64,000 bases of DNA from contig JBKHVI010000005.1 of NCBI GenBank assembly GCA_046570105.1, forward strand, positions 25,294 to 89,293, given 5' to 3'. The notes under the pieces were generated by a model. It saw nothing but the letters and a program-made list of their open reading frames with translations, had not been told where the DNA came from and ran no database searches. Shown piece by piece: positions 20,402-30,130 of the stretch. The position numbers were made by a program, and so were the translations under genes. Each line of letters starts with the position of its first letter. Position 1 is the first letter of the stretch. This DNA is from Bacteriovoracia bacterium (lineage in GTDB: Bacteria > Bdellovibrionota > Bacteriovoracia > Bacteriovoracales > Bacteriovoracaceae).

Positions 20402-22321
20402 CTACTTACAGGTTTGATTGTTAAGGCAAACAGTCATTTCAACTTTTGCTGATCCATTTCCAATTAAATAAGAGGAGAGCTTAAGATCCTTTTTGATCTT
20501 TCCTGTCATTGATTGGCGATGAGATGACGAACCGGTATGGCGTGAGCCGACGAGATCATCGATCGACTTGAGAACAACTCCTCCGAACTCACACATTTTA
20601 TTTTTTCCACAGAGATTCATGACTCCTGCACCGACTTGAGAGAAGAAGCGACTGTCTTCGCCAAGCTCAGTATGTGGAACTTCTGTAATAGTGTATTCCT
20701 TGGCATAAGACATAATGAACATGTGGAAGATGTCTTGATAAAGTGCTTTCTCAACGGCTTCATTAATTAAGGCCGACTCTTCTGGCGTTGACCCCACTGG
20801 ACGCTTATCTAACTCACACTTGAGCCCCATGTTGTTAGAGTAATCATGACGTGTGTGATCCCATGAAGTTGTACGGCGTCTCCAGAATCCACCTGTTTTC
20901 TTCTTACCCGAATCTCTTACGTAGTTAGATGACTTGCTGACATCAAGCTCACATCGACCTTCAATCGGCTCTGCTTTTTGGTAATAGTTATACGCCAATG
21001 AGACATTTTGCGCATAAATAAGACGATCGCTTTTTAATTCAAAAACGGGATAATTAACTTTAGTTTTAACTGTCTCGCCGCTTGCATTTGTAAAAGTGAT
21101 TTCGCGATCAACATAGGTCGGTTCACCACAATAAGAAGCAATCGAAATGGGCATTTCAAAGTCCTGGGCAGCTCCGGCATTATTGTTAAACTTCTTAACT
21201 AAAAACTTTAGGTTTTCTGTTTTTCCATCTTCACTTTCCAACTTGGCTGGCATTTCAAGATATTGATCTTCAACGCCCAGAGAAATGCTGTTTTTGTCAT
21301 CAACTTCATAAGAGGCGAGGCGATATGTTCTATTGTGATCACTGCGAACTTCGCTATCTAAACTAATAACTGATGGATTCATTTTCACGTTGAATACATC
21401 GAGTTGACGGACATCGTAGTCAAGGCCAGCTTCTCTAATTCTCTCACGTAAAATTGATAATTGATCGTTTGAAGCTAAGCTGTAACCAGCTGTTGCTTTA
21501 CCAACCACTTTTTTACCCAGTGTATAGATATAATTCTTGCTGGTTTCCAAGTGATCTTTAGCTTGTTTTTGATAACGCTCCATCGAACCCATTAGATCAT
21601 TTTCAAACTCTCTAATGTAGGCGAGTTCATCACGGAAAGGGGCCCAACCACGACTCGCTTGTGAAAAGCGAGTAGATGCTTCTGTACGATACTGAATGTT
21701 TTGGGCAATTTTTGCACGTAGATCTGAGAAGATTGGTAAATAGGTTTCTCTGATTGCCGCACGATCCGCCTCGGTTAAAACCATCGCCATTTCAGACATG
21801 TAGTTAGCATGAGTTGATTTTAAGTTTTCTTCTAGAGAAGCACCCTCTGCTTTAATGCTTTCGAGTTCTCCATAAGCTGCCTGGTACTCATTATAGAGTT
21901 CGCGGTTATCTTCACGAAGTTGGTTTGCTCGTAGACGGAGGTCAGTGATTTTTTGCTTAAGCACAGATGAGCGTGCTTCAAAAGCTATCGTTGCTTCAAA
22001 TAATGGCGAATAGTATTGACCGCTCGATAGAATTCTCTGTGTTTCTTCTTGCGATGATGGATATTTCAAGAGACCTGTGCGCAAGTTATGTAAATCCGTG
22101 CATGAAATGCCGGCAGAGATTTGAGTGAACTTTCCTGAAACCTTAATATCTGATGGCATGATATAGATAAGCTTAGGATTAAGATCATCTCCCATAATAT
22201 TGTTTATCCCGACCATTGAGACCTGAGAGGTAAGTCCAGTGATGCTGACTTTAGGGTCGGGCATGGCGAAGACAGGCATCGCCATAATTCCTGCAAGTGT
22301 TGTAAGCGCTAATCTCTTCAT
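20402..22321 (-). CDS. Large exported protein (639 aa), coiled-coil insertion in a Cys-containing beta-rich core; function unknown
   Basis: Signal peptide ending VFA; GGAG RBS; coiled coil about aa 115-265; 8 Cys. Confidence 0.8.
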   Translation of the reverse strand: MKRLALTTLAGIMAMPVFAMPDPKVSITGLTSQVSMVGINNIMGDDLNPKLIYIMPSDIKVSGKFTQISAGISCTDLHNLRTGLLKYPSSQEETQRILSSGQYYSPLFEATIAFEARSSVLKQKITDLRLRANQLREDNRELYNEYQAAYGELESIKAEGASLEENLKSTHANYMSEMAMVLTEADRAAIRETYLPIFSDLRAKIAQNIQYRTEASTRFSQASRGWAPFRDELAYIREFENDLMGSMERYQKQAKDHLETSKNYIYTLGKKVVGKATAGYSLASNDQLSILRERIREAGLDYDVRQLDVFNVKMNPSVISLDSEVRSDHNRTYRLASYEVDDKNSISLGVEDQYLEMPAKLESEDGKTENLKFLVKKFNNNAGAAQDFEMPISIASYCGEPTYVDREITFTNASGETVKTKVNYPVFELKSDRLIYAQNVSLAYNYYQKAEPIEGRCELDVSKSSNYVRDSGKKKTGGFWRRRTTSWDHTRHDYSNNMGLKCELDKRPVGSTPEESALINEAVEKALYQDIFHMFIMSYAKEYTITEVPHTELGEDSRFFSQVGAGVMNLCGKNKMCEFGGVVLKSIDDLVGSRHTGSSSHRQSMTGKIKKDLKLSSYLIGNGSAKVEMTVCLNNQTCK

Positions 22322-22466
22322 TTGTTATCTCCAATTAATAGTTATGCCGATGTGCCATCTCACGCATTTCCGGATAAGCGTGGTGCTAATGATCAAATCG
22401 ATTGCGGCGAGTCTTATGTGATCTTTGTTGGGGTTGGAATGCTCAAACTGCGTTGCTGAAGAAAAT

Positions 22467-22485
22467 GTGACAGGTTCTGTGTCAC
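22467..22485. promoter_or_regulatory. Palindromic operator candidate 1
   Basis: GTGACA-ggttctg-TGTCAC (GTGAC-N9-GTCAC). Confidence 0.55.
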
Positions 22486-22530
22486 TTATATTCGATTTGA
22501 GGAGCTAAATAGCTTGAAACATTTACCTAA

Positions 22531-22549
22531 GTGACTTGTTACAAGTCAG
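22531..22549. promoter_or_regulatory. Palindromic operator candidate 2
   Basis: G-TGACTTGT-t-ACAAGTCA-G (GTGAC-N9-GTCAG); same half-site spacing as copy 1. Confidence 0.55.
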
Positions 22550-22572
22550 GAACAGGGATAGAAAGCCAACTT

Positions 22573-23370
22573 ATGCAACAAGTGGTAGCCGAAAATATCG
22601 TGGCGGGGGCGATTCAGAAGGTCATTAATGACCATCTGGAAGCTTATCCACAGGTCAGTCTTCGCGGTATTGCTGCTCGTGAAGATGGTATTGGAAGAGA
22701 ATACATTCGTCGTCTTGCCGCGGGCGAAATTCCTGATCATAAGATAGATCGCGAGAAAGTGCTGCTGATTCTGATGACACTTTCTAAAAAGAAGAATCTA
22801 AAAGACCTTGGTGCATTTTATGGTGACCCAATCACGAGCTGGATCAAGTCTTCAGTTATTGTGAATTGGGAAAATGATACAGAGCTTGCCGAGCGCGAAC
22901 TCGAAGCGATGATGCTGCAGGATGAAGATGACTGTATCGCATTCTTAATGGCTCATACAGATGCAGGTGCTACTGTTGATGAAGTAGTCAAAGTTGTGGG
23001 TGAGACTGGAAAAAGATCGTTGCCTGCTCTTGAACAACGAAGTTTTCTGGTAAAGGATGCTGGGAGATATCGTGGAAAAGAAAACAACTTTTTAACTCTC
23101 TCATTGCAAGCGACTCAAAAAATCATTCAAACACTTGTTGGTTATTATAAGCCGTCGCATTTCGGTAAGAATCGAAATTATATTATGCTTATGACTGGTT
23201 CATTAAATGCAGAAGGCATCAAGGCCCAGCAGGAACTTTACAGAAAGTTTCACCAAGATATCAGACAAATATATGAGAATCCTTCCCACTCAGGTGACAT
23301 CCATAGCTTTTCGGTTTCTTGCATGGACTCATTTACTATGTTAGAAGAGGCGAATCATGAACTTCATTAA
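22573..23370 (+). CDS. HTH transcriptional regulator, TIGR02147/DUF4423-like
   Basis: N-terminal HTH-like SLRGIAAREDGIGREYIRRLAAGE, central winged-helix-like segment, C-terminal LMTGSLNAEG...FHQDIRQI; family call by recognition; start ATG 22573 preferred. Confidence 0.6.
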   Translation: MQQVVAENIVAGAIQKVINDHLEAYPQVSLRGIAAREDGIGREYIRRLAAGEIPDHKIDREKVLLILMTLSKKKNLKDLGAFYGDPITSWIKSSVIVNWENDTELAERELEAMMLQDEDDCIAFLMAHTDAGATVDEVVKVVGETGKRSLPALEQRSFLVKDAGRYRGKENNFLTLSLQATQKIIQTLVGYYKPSHFGKNRNYIMLMTGSLNAEGIKAQQELYRKFHQDIRQIYENPSHSGDIHSFSVSCMDSFTMLEEANHELH

Positions 23371-23755
23371 ATTAGTTTATATACTTACCCTTACGCTTTC
23401 ATTCCAGGTCTTTGGATCATCTGTGGCTCCGTTTTATCTTGTAACCAAATTGGTTACTGTAGAGGGCGAGGTGATTGCGAACAACCAAGTAAAGAAACTG
23501 GTTGTTGAAAAAGCTGGTTTTTCAGACGTTGAAGTAACCTCTGTTGAATTAGTTGATGGAAGAGTGCTGGTTCAAAATGAGATTCAAACAATTGAGTTTA
23601 CAGTTGCACCTAGTCTCAATCGTCCAAATATTAGAAGAACAATTCAAGACGGTAAGTTCGATGAATTGCTACGTCAAAACGTACGCTTAGGGCCACCTAA
23701 CTTTGATTTTTCAACAGAGCTTAGAGATAGTGGAATAAGTTCGGGCGGGGGCTGA
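23357..23755 (+). CDS. Small exported protein with Gly-rich C-terminus
   Basis: Signal peptide; GAGG RBS; 14-nt overlap with regulator; ends DSGISSGGG. Confidence 0.65.
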   Translation: MNFIKLVYILTLTLSFQVFGSSVAPFYLVTKLVTVEGEVIANNQVKKLVVEKAGFSDVEVTSVELVDGRVLVQNEIQTIEFTVAPSLNRPNIRRTIQDGKFDELLRQNVRLGPPNFDFSTELRDSGISSGGG

Positions 23756-23758
23756 GAC

Positions 23759-26314
23759 TCAGATAGGCCCAGCCGTTACAATATTCCATCCATCCTTCAT
23801 AAACATCTGTAAGAACGCTTGGAAATCTTCATATTTTGCCTGACGAATTGTTTCCTGCGAGTTGTGCTGGAAATCAAGTCCATGTCCATGCAGCGCTGGC
23901 ACTGAGTAGAACTGAGCGTAATCTTCGTTCGTTTGCACAGAAAGCTGCTGTTGCCCGTCGAGATTAGTTTTTACGCGCTCAAATTCATCGCGCGTGAGAC
24001 CTGATACTGACATGCGCGTGAGAATATCCAGAATAGCTTTTTCAGCACGCTCTTTCTTATCAGCTCCTGCACCGATATAAATTCCCCAAGCACCCGCTTC
24101 AAGAGCTGTGACATGCACAGGCTGAACGGCGTAGCAGAGGCCTTGGCGATCGCGTACTTCAACAAATAATTCCGAACCTTGGCCTGAGAGGTGAGCTGTC
24201 ACCATCTTCAAATAAAGATCTTCAAGGTCAGTCATCTTGTAGGCCGGCTTTCCAATTACGATTTGAACTTGTTCACGCTTCATCGGAATATCAAGACGCT
24301 GCTTGGTTTTTGGCTTCAAAGAATTTTTACGAGGCTTAGGCCCCTTTCTTCCTTTAAGAGCAACAAAAGCTTTTTGTAATTTAAGAACAACCGTTTCAAG
24401 ATCGAGATCTCCACAGTAAGTGAAGACCATTTCTTCTTTAGCTAAGTGCTGACGGTGAAGAGTTTGCAAAGCTGCTGGGGTCATTTTCTTAAGACTTTCA
24501 GGTGTACCAGAAGCATCAAGCGCGTACGGATGCGCATTGAAAATCATCTTGTACCAATTCTTGAAGGCCTGCTTAACTGGATCTTCTTTTTGGTTATCAA
24601 GCATTCGTAGAATAACTTGTCTCTCATGCTTTAAGAATTTCTCTGGAAGAGTTGGTTTTAATAGTGAGCCAGCAAAATGACCTAACAAACTATCAAAGTT
24701 CGCACTTTGACCATGAAGTGTGAGTCCATAAGCATTTTTTCCAGCAAAGCCAGAAAGTGCAGCGGAACTTTCTTCAAGGTCTTGTTTAAGTTTTTCGTAA
24801 GGCATGCCCTTATACCCATAGGTAATAAGACGTGAAAGCATACCGTGGCGACCACAATCTTTTTCTGATTCAGTCGTGAGTCCACCTTTTACGTAGTGAT
24901 GAAGAACGAAAGTGGGGGTCATCTTATTTTGACGATGAATAAGCTTAACCCCAGGCATAAGTTCAATCATCGAAACGGCAGCATCAAAAGTAGATGTCAC
25001 ACGCTTGAGTGGTTTTTCTTTTTCAAAAGATTTTTTTGCAACAGCTTGTACTTTCTTTTGGAAATTCGTTAATTGCGTCTGAATAGGAGCGATTTTAGTT
25101 CCCTCTGGAACCTGCATAGTTAGATGCATGGCACGTGAAAGAATGCGAGGAAGTGCTACCGCTACCTGGCGAGCAGGAGTTTCTTTAATGCGCTTGATGA
25201 AAGCTTCTTCACAGAAGATATCACCATTTTGAGCGAAGCCATGTCCGAGTGAGAAAGCGAAAGCTTCGATGCTTTCTTTTTCATAGACTTTGCTGGCGAT
25301 GTATTGGTTTTTAATTTTATCAACTTCATCTTCGCGGATATCGCCCGAAAGAGCTTTCGCCAAAGTTTGCTCAAAGACTTTTAAAACCTTTGCAAGATTT
25401 TCTGTCGGCATACTGCACTTGAGCATATGGCAGCCCTTGTGGGCGAAATACATAGTAGAACCTGCTATGCCATTACAAAGAGTCGTTTGTGCGACAAGAG
25501 CTTGATAGAGACGAGAAGTTTCACCGTGGGCCAGACAGTTAATCGCTAGATCTTCTGCCGTAGCAGATGGATCCACATAATCTGGAGCTGCCAGGGCCAG
25601 TGTGAGTGTCGCTTGGCGAATAGGTTTTTCATGGACGCTAACTTTAGAAGTCGTGGGCAAGGTAAATTCACCAAAATGAGATTGTTCACCGGCCGGAAGT
25701 CTAAAAGATGAAATGAGTTTTTCGAGATGAGTGCGCTCACTTAGGTCACCTGCAACAACCAGCATGGCATTTTGCATATTGTAAAAGCGTTGGCGGAATC
25801 CTTTCAGTTGAGCAGGTGAGAATCCCTTGATGGTATCTTCACGGCCCAAGATCGGATGCTTGTAGCCACCCTCGAAACAGTTTTCTTGCAAGCGCATGAA
25901 ATGAAACTGAGAAGGATTATCAAGGGCACGACGGTATTCTTCAAAGACCACATCACGTTCAGAAGGGAAATCCTCATCATTGAACATTGGATTGGCGACC
26001 ATGTCCAAGAGGATAGTGAGCGCATTGCTGGTTTTGCGAGATGGAGCATTGATGTAGTAACAAGTGTAATCAAAACTAGTGAAGGCGTTGATTTCTCCAC
26101 CAAATGTTTCTACTTCTTGTGCAATCGCAGCTCCCGGGCGAGTGGGCGTTCCCTTAAAGAACATATGTTCTAAAAAGTGAGCAATGCCCTGATTGTCTTT
26201 TTCTTCAAGGGCCGAGCCGGCGCGAAACCACATCTGAACAGTTGCGGCAGTTGAACCGGGAGAATGGATAAAAAGGGTTTTAAGGTCACCGAGGCGGGTT
26301 TCTTCGACGTGCAT
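23759..26314 (-). CDS. M16-family (pitrilysin-like) zinc peptidase, two halves fused
   Basis: Inverted zincin HFLEH, NAFTSFDYT, second half with VRDRQGLCY; GGAG RBS before ATG 26314. Confidence 0.92.
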   Translation of the reverse strand: MHVEETRLGDLKTLFIHSPGSTAATVQMWFRAGSALEEKDNQGIAHFLEHMFFKGTPTRPGAAIAQEVETFGGEINAFTSFDYTCYYINAPSRKTSNALTILLDMVANPMFNDEDFPSERDVVFEEYRRALDNPSQFHFMRLQENCFEGGYKHPILGREDTIKGFSPAQLKGFRQRFYNMQNAMLVVAGDLSERTHLEKLISSFRLPAGEQSHFGEFTLPTTSKVSVHEKPIRQATLTLALAAPDYVDPSATAEDLAINCLAHGETSRLYQALVAQTTLCNGIAGSTMYFAHKGCHMLKCSMPTENLAKVLKVFEQTLAKALSGDIREDEVDKIKNQYIASKVYEKESIEAFAFSLGHGFAQNGDIFCEEAFIKRIKETPARQVAVALPRILSRAMHLTMQVPEGTKIAPIQTQLTNFQKKVQAVAKKSFEKEKPLKRVTSTFDAAVSMIELMPGVKLIHRQNKMTPTFVLHHYVKGGLTTESEKDCGRHGMLSRLITYGYKGMPYEKLKQDLEESSAALSGFAGKNAYGLTLHGQSANFDSLLGHFAGSLLKPTLPEKFLKHERQVILRMLDNQKEDPVKQAFKNWYKMIFNAHPYALDASGTPESLKKMTPAALQTLHRQHLAKEEMVFTYCGDLDLETVVLKLQKAFVALKGRKGPKPRKNSLKPKTKQRLDIPMKREQVQIVIGKPAYKMTDLEDLYLKMVTAHLSGQGSELFVEVRDRQGLCYAVQPVHVTALEAGAWGIYIGAGADKKERAEKAILDILTRMSVSGLTRDEFERVKTNLDGQQQLSVQTNEDYAQFYSVPALHGHGLDFQHNSQETIRQAKYEDFQAFLQMFMKDGWNIVTAGPI

Positions 26315-26399
26315 GTCAAACTCCGAGAGCGTTGCCAGTCCGAGTACTTGGACGGTAAGAATCATTATCCTTTTACTCGCAGGAATTTCCAAGGGCCGT

Positions 26400-27512
26400 A
26401 TGACAACTGTTTCGAGTTTGTATGTGCATGTGCCGTTCTGTCGCCATTTGTGCAACTACTGCGATTTTTATAAGCAAAAATTTGAGCGACCTCGTGCGCA
26501 ACTCGAAGAGTTTTCTGCTTATTTACAAGCGAGTTGGAAGCGCCATGAGTCAATATTAACTGAGCAAAAGGCCAGCTGGGGACCACTTCAAACACTCTAT
26601 TTCGGCGGAGGGACTCCTTCTTTGTGGGGAGTCGACGGTGCTCAAGAATTTTCTCACTTATTAGAGCAAGGTTTGAGTCTCGCACCTCATGCTGAAGTCA
26701 CTTTTGAAATTGATCCTGGTGCATGGACTGAGGAAGGGCTTTTGGCCTGGGAAAATATCGGTGTGAATCGTTACTCGGTAGGAACTCAATCGCTAAATGA
26801 GCACTATTTGAAAGTGCTCGATCGTGCGCATGATCGCAGTGAAACTTTTCGATTATTAGAGAGGCTCAAAGGGAAAAACTTCTCGGTGGATTTTCTGTTA
26901 GGCGCACCTGAAGTGAATCACAAACGTGATGTGATTTCCGAACTGACTGAACTTTTGAGTTATGGTCCTAAGCATGTGAGCCTTTATATTTTACAACCTG
27001 CTGCAGGCTATAAACTTAAAACTAAAATTCCTGACGATGAAGTGACTTCAAATGAATATCTCGCTGTGAGTGAGTTTTTGCGCTCGCGCGGTTTTCATCA
27101 TTATGAAGTCTCCAATTTTGGTCTACCTGGCTTTGAGTCCCGTCATAATTTGCGCTACTGGATGGGTGAAAATGTGGCGGCGTTGGGTCCCACTGGAACG
27201 GGTTATTTGGCTTCATCAAATGAGTCGGCGCTTCGTTATAAATGGAAGCCCGGCAGTGCTGAGATTGAGAGCGAAAATCTGCAAAAAACGGAGCTCGAAA
27301 TGGAGCGACTCTATTTGCGTCTGCGCCTCTCACGGCCGTTCACTTCCGCTGAACTAGTCCCTAACCCTCAAATACTCGAGGAACTTCTCACCCAATGGCA
27401 GTCTCGTAAGTTGGTAATAAAAGAAGGCGCCGCATGGCGCATGCAACCTGCCGCATGGGTCATTCTCGATTCTTTAATAAATGAGTACTTCTCCTCTCTC
27501 CAAAAGCTTTAA
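26400..27512 (+). CDS. hemW: Radical SAM heme chaperone HemW (HemN-like)
   Basis: LYVHVPFCRHLCNYCDF, YFGGGTPS, HYEVSNF, HNLRYW; upstream of grpE-dnaK. Confidence 0.85.
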   Translation: MTTVSSLYVHVPFCRHLCNYCDFYKQKFERPRAQLEEFSAYLQASWKRHESILTEQKASWGPLQTLYFGGGTPSLWGVDGAQEFSHLLEQGLSLAPHAEVTFEIDPGAWTEEGLLAWENIGVNRYSVGTQSLNEHYLKVLDRAHDRSETFRLLERLKGKNFSVDFLLGAPEVNHKRDVISELTELLSYGPKHVSLYILQPAAGYKLKTKIPDDEVTSNEYLAVSEFLRSRGFHHYEVSNFGLPGFESRHNLRYWMGENVAALGPTGTGYLASSNESALRYKWKPGSAEIESENLQKTELEMERLYLRLRLSRPFTSAELVPNPQILEELLTQWQSRKLVIKEGAAWRMQPAAWVILDSLINEYFSSLQKL

Positions 27513-27564
27513 TTTTAAGGGTTTATGAGGTATTCCCGGGGAAACTTTTTTCTTCCGCCAAACA

Positions 27565-27592
27565 TTGACACCCCTCACATCAGTCCCATCTT
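27565..27592 (+). promoter_or_regulatory. sigma32 (RpoH)-like heat-shock promoter
   Basis: TTGACA-N14-CCCATCTT directly upstream of grpE-dnaK-dnaJ. Confidence 0.6.
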
Positions 27593-27619
27593 GTGAGTGT
27601 AACAAATGAGGAGTTTATC

Positions 27620-28150
27620 TTGAGCGATTCAAACGAAAACAAAGACAAAGACGCTGCGACTGAAGAGGCTCAGGCGAGTGCTCCAGAAGTGGAAGTATTA
27701 GAGGCGAAGAAAGAAGAAATCGACTGGAAGTCGAAGTACTACTACCTCGCAGCTGAAATGGAAAATGGCCGCAAACGTTTTGAGCGTGAAAAAGAGAATC
27801 TTCTCAAGTATGGCGCTGACAAGATTTTGGGCGATCTTCTTGATGTCGTTGATAATTTTGAGCGCACGGTAGATATGCTCAAATTTGATGAAGACCAAAA
27901 GATGAAAAATGTCGTCGTTGGTCTTGAGATGGTTCGCAAGCTTTTCCTCGATAACTTGGGCAAACACGGTTTGACTCAACTTGAGAGCTTAGGCAAAGAC
28001 TTCGATCCGAATTTCCATGAGGCCATGGGCCAGGAATATAGCGAAGGGAAGCGTCCGAACGAGATCCTTAAAGAATTTCAAAAAGGTTACGTCCTGAATG
28101 GTCGCCTCCTACGAGCGGCTCGAGTGGTTGTAGCTAACGATAAACAGTAA
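27620..28150 (+). CDS. grpE: Nucleotide exchange factor GrpE
   Basis: [43 protein letters not shown] before TTG 27620. Confidence 0.95.
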   Translation: MSDSNENKDKDAATEEAQASAPEVEVLEAKKEEIDWKSKYYYLAAEMENGRKRFEREKENLLKYGADKILGDLLDVVDNFERTVDMLKFDEDQKMKNVVVGLEMVRKLFLDNLGKHGLTQLESLGKDFDPNFHEAMGQEYSEGKRPNEILKEFQKGYVLNGRLLRAARVVVANDKQ

Positions 28151-28170
28151 AGAATAACAGGAGAATATAT

Positions 28171-30075
28171 ATGGGAAAAATTATTGGTATCGACTTGGGA
28201 ACAACCAACTCGTGTGTCGCTGTAATGGAAAACGGTGCTTACAAAATCGTTCCAAACAGTGAAGGTCATAACACCACTCCTTCAATCATCGGTTTCTCTA
28301 GTAATGGAGAAAACTTGGTTGGCCAAGTGGCAAAACGCCAAGCTGTCACAAACCCGGCTAAAACTTTATTTGGTATCAAGCGCCTTATTGGTCGCAAAGC
28401 TACTGATAAAGAAGTAACGAATTTTAAAAATGTCGCTCCATTCGAAATCTTCGCTAACAAAAATGGCGATGCTTGGGTGAAAGTGGATGGCAAAGAATTC
28501 TCTGCTCAAGAAATCTCGGCCAAGGTGCTTGAGAAAATGAAGAAAGCGGCTGAGGATTATCTCGGTCAACCAGTGACTGAAGCAGTCATCACGGTTCCAG
28601 CTTACTTTAACGATGCTCAACGCCAAGCTACTAAAGATGCCGGTCGTATTGCGGGTCTTGATGTAAAACGTATCATCAACGAGCCAACAGCAGCAGCTCT
28701 CGCTTACGGTCTTGATACCAAAAAAGACAAAAACGTCGCGGTCTTTGACTTGGGCGGCGGTACTTTCGACGTATCAATTCTTGAGATCACCACTGATGGT
28801 GTTTTCGAAGTGAAATCAACTCACGGAGATACTTTCTTGGGTGGTGAAGACTTCGATTACCGTATCATTAACTGGCTCGCAGAAGAGTTCAAAAAAGAGA
28901 CGGGCATCGATCTTAAAAATGACAAGATGGCGCTTCAGCGCTTGAAAGAAGCAGCTGAAAAAGCCAAGCACGAACTCTCAAGTGTGACTCAAACAGATGT
29001 GAACCTTCCATTCATTACAATGGATGCGACAGGTCCAAAACACTTGAATATGAATCTTTCTCGCGCCAAGTATGAGTCTCTCATCGGCGACTTGATTGAT
29101 CGTTTGGTTGAGCCATGCCGTATTGCGATTAAGGATTCTGGTCTCACTTTGAACGAGATCCACGAAGTGATCTTGGTAGGTGGTGCAACTCGTACTCCGA
29201 TCGTTCAAGCGAAAGTAAAAGAGATCTTCGGCAAAGAGCCTTCTAAAGGTGTTAACCCAGATGAAGTTGTTGCTGCCGGTGCTGCGATTCAAGGTGGCGT
29301 ACTTGCTGGCGACGTGAAAGATGTTCTCCTTTTGGATGTAACTCCCTTGTCACTTGGTATCGAGACATTGGGTGGTGTTTTCACGAAAATCATCGAGAAG
29401 AACACAACGATTCCTTCTAAAAAGAGCCAAGTGTTCTCGACTGCCGCTGACAATCAGCCAGCTGTGAGCATCCATGTTCTTCAAGGTGAGCGTGAGTTCG
29501 CTAACGATAACAAAACACTTGGTAAGTTTGATTTGACGGGTATTACCCCAGCTCCGCGTGGTGTTCCTCAAATCGAAGTTATCTTCGACATCGACGCGAA
29601 CGGAATTGTGAATGTAAGCGCGGTTGATAAAGCGACAGGTAAATCACAAAACATCGTGATCACTTCGAACTCAGGATTGAGTGAAGCTGAAATCAAGCGC
29701 ATGGTTGAAGAAGCTGAGAAGAATCGTGGTACTGACCAGAAACGCCGCGAGATCGTTGATGCTCGCAACAACCTCGACTCATTGGTGTTTGCTTCGGAGA
29801 AAGGCCTCAAAGATGCTGGCGATAAAGTTCCAGCTGATAAGAAAGCCGAAGTGGAAGCAGCGGTTGCTGAAGCGAAAACCAAGCTTACTTCTGAGAACTT
29901 GGATGAAATCAAAGCCGCTACAGAGCGTTTACAGAATGTAGCTCATAGCTTGGCTCAGTTCATGTACCAAGGTCAGGGTGGAGCTCCAGGCGCAGAAGGC
30001 GCGCAAACAGCTGACACGACAGATGAGAAGAAAGACGGCGATGATGTCGTCGATGCAGATTACAAAGAAGTTTAA
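28171..30075 (+). CDS. dnaK: Chaperone DnaK
   Basis: [25 protein letters not shown]. Confidence 0.99.
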   Translation: MGKIIGIDLGTTNSCVAVMENGAYKIVPNSEGHNTTPSIIGFSSNGENLVGQVAKRQAVTNPAKTLFGIKRLIGRKATDKEVTNFKNVAPFEIFANKNGDAWVKVDGKEFSAQEISAKVLEKMKKAAEDYLGQPVTEAVITVPAYFNDAQRQATKDAGRIAGLDVKRIINEPTAAALAYGLDTKKDKNVAVFDLGGGTFDVSILEITTDGVFEVKSTHGDTFLGGEDFDYRIINWLAEEFKKETGIDLKNDKMALQRLKEAAEKAKHELSSVTQTDVNLPFITMDATGPKHLNMNLSRAKYESLIGDLIDRLVEPCRIAIKDSGLTLNEIHEVILVGGATRTPIVQAKVKEIFGKEPSKGVNPDEVVAAGAAIQGGVLAGDVKDVLLLDVTPLSLGIETLGGVFTKIIEKNTTIPSKKSQVFSTAADNQPAVSIHVLQGEREFANDNKTLGKFDLTGITPAPRGVPQIEVIFDIDANGIVNVSAVDKATGKSQNIVITSNSGLSEAEIKRMVEEAEKNRGTDQKRREIVDARNNLDSLVFASEKGLKDAGDKVPADKKAEVEAAVAEAKTKLTSENLDEIKAATERLQNVAHSLAQFMYQGQGGAPGAEGAQTADTTDEKKDGDDVVDADYKEV

Positions 30076-30092
30076 TTTTTAGTACGTCAAAT

Positions 30093-30118
30093 GGGCCCCT
30101 CTTCGGAGGGGCTCTTTT
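30093..30118 (+). terminator. Hairpin/attenuating terminator between dnaK and dnaJ
   Basis: GGGCCCCTC-TTCG-GAGGGGCTC-TTTT (UUCG tetraloop). Confidence 0.75.
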
Positions 30119-30130
30119 GCATGGGGATAT

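Noticed and set aside
22340..22357. TGGCAC on the minus strand upstream of the 639-aa gene as a sigma54 promoter
   Set aside because: The -12 GC is not at the required spacing (TGGCAC-ATCGG-CATA)
18030..23770. Accessory locus as a mobile element or prophage remnant
   Set aside because: No integrase, transposase, tRNA or flanking direct repeat seen; only composition and gene content suggest acquisition
26313..26455. Apparent overlap of M16 peptidase and hemW N-termini
   Set aside because: Track starts are over-extended; starts at 26314 (-) and 26400 (+) leave a normal divergent gap
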